Shown one piece after another: positions 39,786 to 51,850 of a DNA stretch of 64,000 nucleotides. The notes under the pieces are model-generated. The model was not told the DNA's origin. It did not search any database and saw only the letters and a program-made list of their open reading frames with translations. The stretch is from Rhizophagus irregularis. Lineage: Eukaryota. Position 1 is the stretch's first letter, and every line of letters starts with the position of its first letter. The translations under genes were made by a program, and so were the position numbers. The stretch lies in assembly GCF_026210795.1 (NCBI RefSeq), contig NC_089431.1, forward strand, positions 2,294,001 through 2,358,000. The letters run 5' to 3'.

Positions 39786-40020
39786 TTATAGCAATCTTTT
39801 ATCCTTTTTCTTCTTCCAAGCGTCAATTACGACACCTTTAACTTTTTCTTCAACTTCTAACCAATTTTGCTTAGCCAATCTAACCATTAAATCAATTTGA
39901 TCAGGAGTGTAAATAAAATTAGCGAAAGAAGCAAATTTAGCGGTACTAGGTACAAATTTTTATCAACTTTGTCTATGATAAACTGCAGGAGTCGTGTATC
40001 TATCAGTAATCATAAACTTG
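39786..40020 (-). pseudogene. Fragment resembling the C-terminus of a cPLA2/lysophospholipase-like protein
   Basis: Manual translation ..YTTPAV..KVDK/FVPSTAKFASFANFIYTPDQIDLMVRLAKQNWLEVEEKVKGVVIDAWKKKKDKRLL*, with frameshifts and no upstream gene body. Family call is from memory. Confidence 0.55.
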
Positions 40021-41872
40021 CGAAGTGATGATTATTTGAACTAATGAACATTTGGACTATTGGACTATTGTTATTATTCAACTCAAGTCCAAATTTCTAA
40101 TTGGATAATATCTCTCTATTACAATGATAATGTCGCAAAATGGTTGACTCCGTTTTGGTGGATTTCTAACAAAATTCTAAAATTTATTGTATTTTGATAT
40201 ATGAAGTTTCGAAATGTTTGAAAATTATAAGAAGGAAGCTTGGAATTCAGAATGTAAATTGGATCGAAATTGAATTCCTTTTTTTAAAAAAGTGTAAAAC
40301 ATAAATTTATAATTCCAGCTAAAAATTATGCATAATGCAGGCCAATATGTGCTGATATTTGGATATTTGAGCTTATATGCCGATTATCCAAAATTCCAAA
40401 TGTCACAATAGTGCGATTGCAGGAATTAGACAATGTCAATACAGTATCATCAATTGTAAATGCATGGATAATATATTGATTAATTTTACGAATGATTTTT
40501 ATCATACTATTTAAAAGTAAGGAAAAAGAAAAAAATAATAATACAAAAATTTTCTCAAAACTAGAATTAAAACACGATTTAAACAGATTAAATGCTATTA
40601 TAATATTATTATAATCTAGTTAATACTGACATACAAATATTATAAAGGAATTCTAATTGATATTCAAAATGTAAATAACTTGATTTGAAATAATATATAT
40701 ATAGTTAATAAAGAAATCGAAAACTGAAAGAAATATTCAATATATAGTCATATGCCGATCATCGATGAAGCTTTGGGCTAAGCCACAGATGTTCGGGTGA
40801 AACTTGAAACTTTTATAATATATTATTTAAGTATTCAAGAATTTATGACTAAAATAAACCAGGATAATTTTTAATAAACCAGTAGTTATCATTAAATAAA
40901 TACTTGCAATTATTATAAGATAATAAAGCTAATTTTTGGCAACATTTTGAACTGTTTTAAGAATTAATTCATTAACAATAAAAAAATAAATAATCAATAT
41001 GAAACTCAATACAACATATGGTTAAACTATAATAATATGTAACTAATAGATAAAGTCCTTTATTTTATATAAAAATGCTTAATTTTTTATTAAATTATAA
41101 AAAGTATCATTAGTAAAGTTGGTTAATAATATTCCGATTTAAGGTAAAAATTAATATACTATAATTCCGAAGTTAAATGAAGCTATTATTAAAATTTTAG
41201 TATACGTTAATATGTAAATTTTGCAAAAAAATCACTGATAACGGTATTTTTCTTATGTGATAAGATTGACAAAAATGATTGGAAAATCGTGATAAAATAG
41301 CGTTATCCAAATTTAGCTATGAATCGGTCATCTTCCGATAAAGTAGACTAGTAGTAGTAATTTATTATCCAATAGATATTCACACAAAACAATTCTTGTA
41401 TCCAACTATAACTAAGTTTCTTCCAGAGAACTATTTTATTTTATTAAAGTACCAATTAGAGTCAAAGAGTTGTAAATTCATGAAATAAGTAATCAGCGAT
41501 CAGATATAATAAGGTTTTTTTTTGTCTTGTGTATTTTATTATACACATTTAAATATGAAACATGGTTTATTAAAATTTTTAAATTTAAGATATCTATTAT
41601 AATCGGTATAAATCCGATAAAATAAAAGTTTCTTTATTATAAAAATAAATTGGGTTAACAAAAGAATAGAAAATTTAGGCTTTGAAATTTTTTTTTTTTC
41701 TTTCATTTTAAATTTAATGCATTCAGTTATTTAGTTTATACCTTTTATGCATTGTTTTGAACTCATTCATATAATGAATAAAATGTAGAAACAGAACTTG
41801 ACCACAAAAAAAAACAATGACTTCACAAAAAATAAAAATGGTAATAAAGAAAAAAGTTTAATTATTAAATAT

Positions 41873-41986
41873 CACTGCTGGTGATTGTCACCACCTTACC
41901 AGAATTAGAGTAGAATTTTGGGCAGAATTAAAAATGACATGAAACTCTGCCCGTTAACATTTGTTAATGCTGGATCACCTGCAGTG
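41873..41986. mobile_element. Small CACTG-ended (CMC/EnSpm-like) MITE
   Basis: at|cactgctggtgat ... atcacctgcagtg|at; 2-bp TSD. Confidence 0.55.
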
Positions 41987-42510
41987 ATACCCTTAATTAT
42001 TAAAATTGATATACTAATATTTGTTAAAACGATGCTTTTATGACACTAATATAAATGTTATTTATATTATCGACTTATATAATTTATTAATAAAAAGTTA
42101 ATGTAAAATTTATTTGTAATAAATAAAAGTTTCTTAGTTTATTGGTTCATAGGTTCGTAATATCTTTACTTATTATGAAACATTTACTTACAATGGGGGG
42201 AAAATTTTACTTACAAAATGTCAAAGGTAACCAATAATAGGAATAAATAAATATAAAATTCGAAGATCTTTAAAATGTACACGTTAATTGGGTGTAATAT
42301 CAGGGTATATTTTTTAAAAAAAGGAAGAGAATCAACGAAAAAAAGAATTTTATGATTAGAAAAGTAGTCCTATGCGAATAAACGAGATTCGAACTTAAAT
42401 AAATGAAGAACATTGTAAAGCGGAAAGTAAATTTTAGTTTTAAAATGATTAAATCTGAAGAAAAAGTGCGAAATTTTGCAAAAAAAATAACCATTAAAAG
42501 TATTGTTTTC

Positions 42511-42687
42511 CTAATAAAAGGAAGAGCCACAAAATAATTGGATTACAAATTCATCTTGTGAATTTTGTGGAGCCATTTGACGAATTCTCCTCAATGTGTC
42601 GATATGAGGTGATAATCGAATATTTCGAAATTGTCGTCTTCTGTTACGTTGAATTAATCGTCTCCTATTAATATTTTGATTGAACAT
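42511..42687 (-). CDS. Micropeptide family member 2 (58 aa): MFNQNINRRRLIQRNRRRQFRNIRLSPHIDTLRRIRQMAPQNSQDEFVIQLFCGSSFY
   Basis: Translated manually. ATG 42685-42687, TAG 42511-42513; carries the full family motif. Confidence 0.85.
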   Translation of the reverse strand: MFNQNINRRRLIQRNRRRQFRNIRLSPHIDTLRRIRQMAPQNSQDEFVIQLFCGSSFY

Positions 42688-43573
42688 TTGTATAACTTTT
42701 TTTTTTTAATACAAAATTATGTCGAATTTAAAAAAAAAATTAACGAATATTTATAGTGTTGACGACTAAAGTATTCGCTTCTTTCACATGCCCAAAATAA
42801 TCAGTTCTTACAAATAAAAAATTGTTTTCATTCATTTTAAGATTTTCTTAGTACAACAATCAATATGTAAACATTGTTCTCTAAAAATTTTTGTACTAAT
42901 AATCGAAAAACGGTTACTTATTATAAATCCAATATCCTATTTGTAGTTAGGAAGCAGGTCGGATGATATTTTAACCCCCCTGCCCAATAGACAGTCACTT
43001 GATTTTACCACTTAATATATCTAATATATCAATATTTTTCCACCTACGGTTAGCATAGTAATAATTGTATTTTATTCCTCTTTCGTTTGTTGATAGTTCT
43101 GTGATTTATTTATTTGATCGTTCTAGAAATGAATTTTGCAAATCAGTAAATCCAGTGCTTATAAGGCATACAAGGAATTACAAATAAAGTAATTTATGAA
43201 AGTAACAAATTTTTTCGGTAGCATATTTGTGATAGTAATGATAGTAATACTAAATAATTCACTTTGAAAGTAAGCTGTCGGATTCTATAGTTCATTCAAG
43301 TATTGAATTTTGTCGGCCGTAAACCTTTTTTTAAAAAATCGGGTTTGTCGGCCGAAATGTATCAATCTAACATTTTTTCCGATTAAAGAGGCAAATATTT
43401 TGTTTCAATACCTTTCTTAAAAAGATTAATTCACATAACAATTAATACACAACAATTAATAACAATGTTAATTGACTAATTCCTTTACTTCCGGAAACCG
43501 TGATTGTTTTTTTTCATTCTTAAACAAATTTATTTCGCTAAATATATTTATTTCAATGAAAAATAATAAAAAT

Positions 43574-43718
43574 GGGAGCATCCTTAACTTACGCATCATG
43601 TGTACGATATTAACGTACGCACTGGCCGGAGTTAAGTTTAACACTATCATCTGCAAGTGCATAACTCCTAAACTCTGTTAGGATATACGTACGCACGGTG
43701 CGTACGTTAAGGAACTTC
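43574..43718. mobile_element. MITE, copy 2 of the 1707-1860 family (inverted)
   Basis: aat|gggagcatccttaac ... gttaaggaacttc|aat; shared core gtacgatattaa.gtacg.actggccg.agttaa. Confidence 0.75.
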
Positions 43719-45365
43719 AATAAAATGGTGAGTTTGATATTTAAAAATATTATTAAATCATAGTATTGTTAAAAACATACTCTTCAGCTGCAGTCTTACT
43801 TAATCTTATAATTTGATCAGTACAGCATAATCTTGCATAATTCCATCAGACCGAATTATTTCAATAACTCAGTTAAAAACAGGGGGGAGTTATTCAATGA
43901 TTACATAAGAATGTAATACCAATTTAAATAATGTAATAAAAATACTGTACTAAAGAAAGGTATAATTAACTATTATAAAATTAATTTTAAAAATAATTAC
44001 TATATTCAATTTTGAAAAAGGTTTCCGCGATAATGAATAACCGCCGGTACAATAAGTCAATAACTCAATAACTTCCAAATTAGAATCGCGTGAATCAAAT
44101 GAAAAGGATAGATTGGTAAAACAATTGTTAAATAACAAAAATTATTACCAATCATTATTCTAAATGGTGAAAATGGTGATAAACGAGTTAAATGACAGAT
44201 TTGGCGATATGGCGAAATACATATGATACAATATAATCATCGTACGACATCGAGTAACTGTTACCAAAACAAAAATAAATAAGTAAATAAATATTCGGTA
44301 ACGTGACTTTGTATTCACAAAGGTATTCGATAAAAATAGTAACAATAGTTCGCAATAAAATAATATTTTTTTTAACAAATTCTTTATTTCAGTAGTATTT
44401 TTTTTTTTTGAAAAGTACATTATTGTTGTGTTCTAATTTGTTTTGAAAATGAAAACGCGTTTTTTTCTATAATAAACATAAATATAATGAAAGTTTTCTT
44501 TTTATAAATCTAGGAGTTTTAAAGGTGAACTATCAAGTTTTGAAAAGACTTTTTTTTATTTAATATAGCATAATAGTTATTATCATTCTAATACAATTAA
44601 TTATTCATAATTTATTCAACACAATAAAAGAATCATGAAAAATATTAGAAATATTTATATAAATACTTCTTTGCATTTTTTATACTAAAACTACAAATAT
44701 TTTTAGTATAAAATGTTCCTTCTCTTTAGAAAAAAAAACCAACTAGTTCAATTCACGTGATTGAAACAACTGTGCAGTTCCGGACTGCATCGGAACGCCC
44801 GTTTGATCAATAATTACACAAATCGTCGATCATCGGCATCAAATCGTAACTACTTTTATACATGAATATATTATACATGAATATATAAACATGAATATAA
44901 TATACGTAATGTATCACTCTTTCACATATTGCTTTTACTGTAATAAGTAAGATATATGTAAAAATATAGACATATCTATTGTCGTTTTTAAACCAATCGA
45001 AATTCGTCAAAACGGAGATGTAAAATCTCGAATATAATTTAAAATTCTTCGATAATGTTGATAACGATGATCGGGTATCGACGCTTTTTTACTTGTTATT
45101 TCGACTATTTTCCTTTTTCGACGTAAAAAAATAAACCGATTTTTTTTTTTAAATATATTTCTTCGGAGATACGATTTTTAAGATTTGCCAATTTTTTTTC
45201 TTTTTTTTTTGTCCCGATTTTTAAACCGAAAATGCCAATATTTCTTTTACTTTCCACAAATACGAGTCATGAACCAAAAAGTAACTTTTCATCATTTGAA
45301 CAATTATCCTATCACCCAAAAACACTCCACAACACCGAAAAGGTCATAAATAATAATTTTTTAAT

Positions 45366-45539
45366 TTAATAAAAAGAAGAACCTCCAAACAGCTGAGTTG
45401 CAAAAGTTCCTTGAGCATTTTGCAGTGGTAACTGTCTCATAGATGCAACAAAACTTAAGTGGCTCCTATCATACTGAGCCTTCAAGGACCTTCTTCTTCT
45501 TCTCTTAGACACAATATTATTTTTGTTATGAACCATCAT
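45366..45539 (-). CDS. Micropeptide family member 3 (57 aa): MMVHNKNNIVSKRRRRRSLKAQYDRSHLSFVASMRQLPLQNAQGTFATQLFGGSSFY
   Basis: Translated manually. ATG 45537-45539, TAA 45366-45368; carries the full family motif. Confidence 0.85.
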   Translation of the reverse strand: MMVHNKNNIVSKRRRRRSLKAQYDRSHLSFVASMRQLPLQNAQGTFATQLFGGSSFY

Positions 45540-47280
45540 GGACAAAAAACAATATAATATAGAAGTGTGGAAATAAAAGATAAGAATAAAATTATTTTTT
45601 TTTTGAGGGGGGGGAAGACTGTATTTATTACTTTTTTTTAGATTACATAAATTCGGGTATCAATATTTTTTTTTCAGAATCTAACAACCGTTAATTTAAT
45701 TGTTGTCTAATTATCTTTTTAATATTTTCTTTAAAGAACAGATAATTATAGATCAAAATGAAGTTCTTAGTGGAAAAATACACAGAATAGTCTTTTTTTT
45801 CTTCACAGAAACTCGTCCTTAAATAACAAATTATATGATAATAATCAAAACTAGTTAGTTATTTAATCGTAATTGTAACTGTAACTCTAACCGATAAATC
45901 AAACAGATAAAATAGAAAAAACGCATAGAATTTACTATAAATAAACATAAGAATCAAAAGAAGTATTTGTTTGTCCTTATTTAACAAATAAATTAAACAG
46001 CATATTAACCGACAAACAGATAATTTCAACAGTTAAGGAGGTTACATCACAGCGCAGTGTTACACAAAAGTCATTAGTCTATCTGTAATTTGGCCCACTT
46101 TAGTAACACATTATTATGATTTCATTGTTTTCATCCCTGTTGATCAAAAAAAAAACGAACGGTCATTCCCGGTTAATAACGGATAAAATGATTTCACTAT
46201 ATTCATGGTTTGCAAGGATATTTAAATTTTTTTTTTTTCATTATTAACCGTAAAACAAACGTAAAAAAAATTTTTTAGAAGTGATTAATAATAATGATAA
46301 AAAAAAACACAAAATGATGTACCAAAAATTTAATAATTAAATACATTTGGATAACTATAGCATATAAACTGAGTAATTGAAATTTTTATCAAAATACAAT
46401 TAAGGGACTTACTGATAAAAAAAAAAAAAGATTGACATTATGCAATACCAAATTTTTTTTTTTTCACACGTACAAAGAAAAAAGTCGGATTGTACATATC
46501 AGTTTATCAGCTTATCATCTAATCACATGCAGTTACAAGCTACAACGCGGGTCTTACAAATAAAATAATAATCTTGCATTTTTTCAAGAAACCTACTACT
46601 ACATATTTTATTGTATTATAATATTGTACTTCAATGCGTATTCTTTAGACTTCTCACGTGGAAATATTGATTTATTATATAAAAAAACATTTATGTAAAG
46701 AAAAATAAAAAAGAAAATTCCACCAAACATTTTTTATCCATTTTTATATAACTTATAGAAAAACTGATTGTTAAATATTAATAGAAAATGGAAAATATAA
46801 CGAATAAATCAAGTAAAAAATGAATTAAACATAATCATAGTACTTGTGACGTAAATTCTATTGCGATTATTGCGATTTAAATGATAAAAATTATTGATCC
46901 AAGAAAATGGGTAAAGAAATAAACGAATTTAAATAATATTTCATAATAGAAATAATAAAAGGATGGGAATGGGAATTGAAAATTTTTTATCTATAGTAGA
47001 AATCGATTAATAAAAACCCGTTATTTTATGAAAATGCTAATAATTACTAAACTACCTTAAATAAAAGGAAATAGGTATTTATGCTTATAATGCTTACATA
47101 ATTAACTTATTATAAATTTTAGAAATATTGCCGTATTTACAGATTACAGTATTTTATTTGTAAATCGAAAAAGTGATTGACGGTTATATACTGTATATAT
47201 ATATATAGGCGCTGACGATAAAGGATTTGCCGAATGATTTTACCAATTTAAAGTTCTCATGATAGAAGATGAAGGATAAT

Positions 47281-47457
47281 TTAATAAAAAGAAGAACCAT
47301 TTATGATAAAGTTCATAAATTCTTCTTGTGAATTTTGCGGCAATCGTTGCCTTCTTCTTGGTGAATTGTTACTATTGCATTGTGCCAATAGAAATCTTTT
47401 GTTCCTCCTTCGGGTAATAATATTATTCTTGCGATCTGATATCATTTCTTTAATCAT
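47281..47457 (-). CDS. Micropeptide family member 4 (58 aa, or 54 aa from ATG 47445): MIKEMISDRKNNIITRRRNKRFLLAQCNSNNSPRRRQRLPQNSQEEFMNFIINGSSFY
   Basis: C-terminal part of track ORF 47281-47625. Start chosen by length and alignment with the paralogues. Confidence 0.8.
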   Translation of the reverse strand: MIKEMISDRKNNIITRRRNKRFLLAQCNSNNSPRRRQRLPQNSQEEFMNFIINGSSFY

Positions 47458-49815
47458 TAAACGTTTGAAAACCGGGAATAAAGGATTAAAGATGAGATTT
47501 TTGATTTGAATCGGAGCTTTGGTTGAAAACTGCATATTTATAAATAAAAAATTTAACCGTAGTTTTTTTATCAGATATTTATTTCGGAGTTTAAGTGCAA
47601 TAATATCTTCTTTATGGAACGTCACAACAAAATTAATTTTCCAAAGGTCATTGTAATTTCTTTAACGTGTAAAATACAAATAAAGGCATACAATTATTAC
47701 TGTGCCCCTCGAAGTTATGCATTAAAAATGTTTATCTAGTTAGGAAGTTTTAATTATAATTTCGCTTTATATGTAAATATAAAATAGTAATGTTATCAAG
47801 ATAACGAAGATTCGGTTATTCCAATAAAAGAACGGTGAAATACTAGAATCTCATGACCATATTATTTGTTTCCCTTGATCCCCATTTTTGATTATATACC
47901 TTTGTATTGAAATAAATAAACAATTAATTTTTTTTATCTTTAAAAACAATTCTTTAATCGCATATTTTATTTTTAATAATTTTATTTTATGTATATTATA
48001 AATTTTTATATGCTCTTGAATTTTATTTTAGTAAAATGTTAACATAATTATAATAAGTAAGAAGACAGTTATAAAAAAAGTTGTGTAAATTATGATTTTT
48101 TTACCTAGGGTAAAAAAATATTTTTTTTTTAGTTTTTAGTCAAAATTCAAAATTTGTATTTTTAGAAAAAAGGAATTTTTTTCTAGTGTTTTTAGTATTT
48201 TTAGTATTTTTTACTTTTTAGAAATCTTTTTTTGTATTTTTTACTTTTTAGGAAAAAAAAAGAAAAATCTTTTGTTACATTTTTTACTTTCTAGAAAAAA
48301 AAGAAAAAAAAAGAATTTTTTTTTTTTGCTTTTCGTTTTGCTAGTGGTGATTAACAATCGAAACCTTTCACAATCATTTTATTTATATGATTGATTACCG
48401 AAATAGGAAACCGTTAAAAAGAGGATTTTCAATTTGCTGTGATTTGAATGTATAAATATTTTTTTAATCTTTATAATCGGTAATATATATAATCTTAATA
48501 ATCAGGATATAATCTTTATAATCTTTGTTGTTATCCGCAAATATCAGAAGTGATTATATTTATGCTATATCTGAAGTTTCTTTTCTTGTTTTCCTTTTTT
48601 TTTAATCATTGCAATTTTTCAATGTAATAAACAATTATAAATCTTTCTTAAAAAAAAGATAATTGGTATAAACAAGAATTTAAAGTGATTTTACATGAGA
48701 TTTAAACAAGAATTTAAAATTATAAAATAATAATAATAATAATAATAAGCGAAACATATTAGTTGTATTACAAAGATATTCAATTGTTCATTGTTCGATT
48801 TCCAATATGAGAGCATAAAAAAAAAATTTTGGTTGGTCAATAATTATGAAATTATCAATTGACAATTCCAAGTAGTACTAGCATGATTCTAGTACAATAA
48901 TGATTAATTCAATAACCAAATGCGTGTGGCTGAATTGCACACACGAAAAACTTGTTTTTAATTAATGTACATTTTAATTAATGTACATTTTCATTAAAAA
49001 AAAAAAGATTGATAATAAATTTATAATAAATTTCAGAAAAGACGTATTTCTATAAGCGAATATCTTAAAGTAACTTTTATCATGGATAAAATTTATATAT
49101 TTATAATTATAATTATAGAGATAATAACTAGTAACTGTTACCTGTTTAAATTAATTTACCTTTTTTACCTTTTTTTTCCTTTTTCAATTTCATTATTTAA
49201 TAACCAATGAATGAATAATTTATATAAAACGCCACATTTCTTGATTGTTTATCTGTATTGACGGATATGCACAGACAGATAATTGATGTTTATCTTTTAT
49301 CTGTCTCATGTATTCATTTAGACAGATAAAATCATCCCGTACCTGTCCGTATGTTTAATCTGATAATCTGAATTTACCCATACGTTAAAAGAGAACAATA
49401 TAAATAAAACCCAGAAATTACGTCAACATTTTAATACCAAATTTTCGAGTTTTCTTATTTTCGATATTTACTTGATAAAATTATTATTATTATTACATAT
49501 ATATATACATATATTTACATATATGTATGTATTTTTTTTATTTAAGAAATTTTTTACCTTTTTTTACCTCTTTACCTTTTTCAAAAAATTTTTGTTAATT
49601 TAACCATTAAAATATGTAGTGTTATTGTATGACAATATGTAGACCCCTGACTGGTGCTTAAGTCATCCGATCACAGTAACGATAAGCCTTGGCATGAACC
49701 CTCACCAACTTTTCTTTTTGTATTCCGGAATAATTAAGTTACAAAGTCGATGTTATTCAACAAAACATGAACATGATCTTTTTCTTTTTGAATTCATTGG
49801 TTTAAAATTTAATGT

Positions 49816-50860
49816 TGAAATCTTGATATTCAGCCTGAACATTTGAAATGGAAGAAAGAAAAAAAGCATTTATTTTCTCTCATGAAATTTATGGAATTTG
49901 TTTCACAGACTTATAGTATTGATGAAAGTACGATAATCGATAACAGTTGAAAGAAAAAAGTTGTTGTTGTTGATAAGGTTGATTGACTGAGTTGAGAAAA
50001 AAAATTTTTTTTTTTTCCTACCGTTGAAATAAATGCGTTGTCGTGCGTTAAAAAAAAAGATAATGCATTTATTATATTAAGTCATTTTTTATTTTTACTT
50101 TTTATTAAGTCATTTTTTAAAAAATACAAGTTACTTATCAGATTTGAAATTAGGTCATATGCCGAAAATTACCGAATCACATGATACATAATTTCGTTAT
50201 TTTCAAAGGATTTTCATTAAATGAATAAACCGAAAAAATCTTTAGTAGACTACAAAATGATTCAGTAATAATATTATTTAATAAATTCAAAATGGTAACA
50301 ACCGAAAGAAGAATAATAATAATAAAAAAAATAATAATAATAAATCTAACCAAAAAATCATTTAAATATAAATTTTAAATGATTTTTTAATTCAAAGGAA
50401 ATTTGTTTACATTCTGATAAATGGAAATTTTCGATAGAAATTAAAAATTTGATCTACAATAATAGAGTTATCAAGGTTCTTTGATCTAATCCTTGATTAA
50501 TTTTCGAAACTGCATGTAAAAAATTTCCTTTCTTGATTTAACATTTGGTTTCTATAACTGTATATAATATACTATATATGTATTTACTTTAATATTTCTC
50601 TTTCAAAAAAATAAATATATTTGATGCCTGAAATCTTGATAAGTTTGTTCAGCCCTAACATTTAGAATGAAAATTAAAGTTCTTTTTATTTGAAAAAAAA
50701 GGAAAGAAAGACAATCGGTTAAACAATTGCTTTTTTCTCATGAAATGATTGATGTTTGTTTCACAAACTTATTATGTACATCTTCCCAGCAATCATAATT
50801 TTATCGATAAACGTATCATATCGATAATGTTTGAAAGAAAAAATATTACCGTTGATTGTG
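49816..50860. repeat. Diverged direct duplication (about 49816-49985 and 50630-50860)
   Basis: Shared blocks tgaaatcttgata, ttcagcc..aacattt, tctcatgaaat, tttgtttcaca.acttat, tcgataa...ttgaaagaaaaaa. Confidence 0.6.
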
Positions 50861-51313
50861 CGGAATTAAAATCCCACGCACCAATATCGTAATTTATTAA
50901 TTCATTTAAGTCATTTTAAAGTATTAGATTGTATCACAGATTTTTCGAAATTCCATATTCAAATTTATACGTTATTATGTTGTTATATATAAAAAATACG
51001 TATTTGAAACTTGAATTCAATGAAAATGATTTTATTTATTAATATAAAAAATTTACAATAAAAATGAAAAAAATACTTAATTATAATTAAAAAAAAAAAG
51101 GATCATTTTTATCTTGATAATCTTTATAGAAAATGAATTTGAGATAAAAAGATCTATAGATAACAATGTTAAAATGAATAAACTGAAAATTCTTTGATTC
51201 ATTAAATTTTATTAAATGAATCAAAAGATATTAATAGAAATTTCTAAAAGAAATAAAAAAGAATATTTCATCATGATTATCAGAAATACATCGAATTTAT
51301 TGATTGTGATACA

Positions 51314-51550
51314 TCAAAAGGGAAGGGAACCATTGAAAAATTGGTCTACAATAGGGTTTTCCGATATTTGTAGTGGAAATTCCGTTAAAGAATCGAACAT
51401 TTGTTGTGATCCATAATACTTATCATTATTATCGATTAATAATTTCGTATTACGTCGTCTTCGACGGCCTTTATTTCGACTTAAAGTATCGCGTGTAGTA
51501 AGATTTAATGTAGTTTCCCTTCCTCGATTAATTCTTGAATTTGAAACCAT
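51314..51550 (-). CDS. Micropeptide family member 5 (78 aa), ending ...LTEFPLQISENPIVDQFFNGSLPF
   Basis: ORF track; GRRRRRN basic patch and an FFNGSLPF* tail variant. Confidence 0.75.
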   Translation of the reverse strand: MVSNSRINRGRETTLNLTTRDTLSRNKGRRRRRNTKLLIDNNDKYYGSQQMFDSLTEFPLQISENPIVDQFFNGSLPF

Positions 51551-51850
51551 AATATCTGAAATTTATTTATTTTTTATTTATTTTACTTATTTAATTATTT
51601 ATTTAATTTCTAAAAAACGATATTTTGAAGAATATAATAAAATAGTTATTATGAAAGAATTTTTTGAGAAGTTGATAATATTCTTTATTAATAGTATATT
51701 TATTTTTGAGAAGTCGATAATATTATTTATTAGTTGTATATTTATAAATTTCATTTTCTTTGTTTTAAATTTTTAAATTCAAAAATTTAAAAAAATTTTT
51801 TTTTAAAAAAAAAATAATTAAACTTTAAATTCTTCATTGCAATATTTATA

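Noticed and set aside
42300..42530. Track ORF 42300-42530
   Set aside because: An out-of-frame overlap with the end of micropeptide 2, with AT-biased composition.
47458..47625. N-terminal extension of track ORF 47281-47625
   Set aside because: It starts at a non-ATG codon, is low-complexity AT-rich, spans a TATA-like site near 47535, and has no counterpart in the paralogues.
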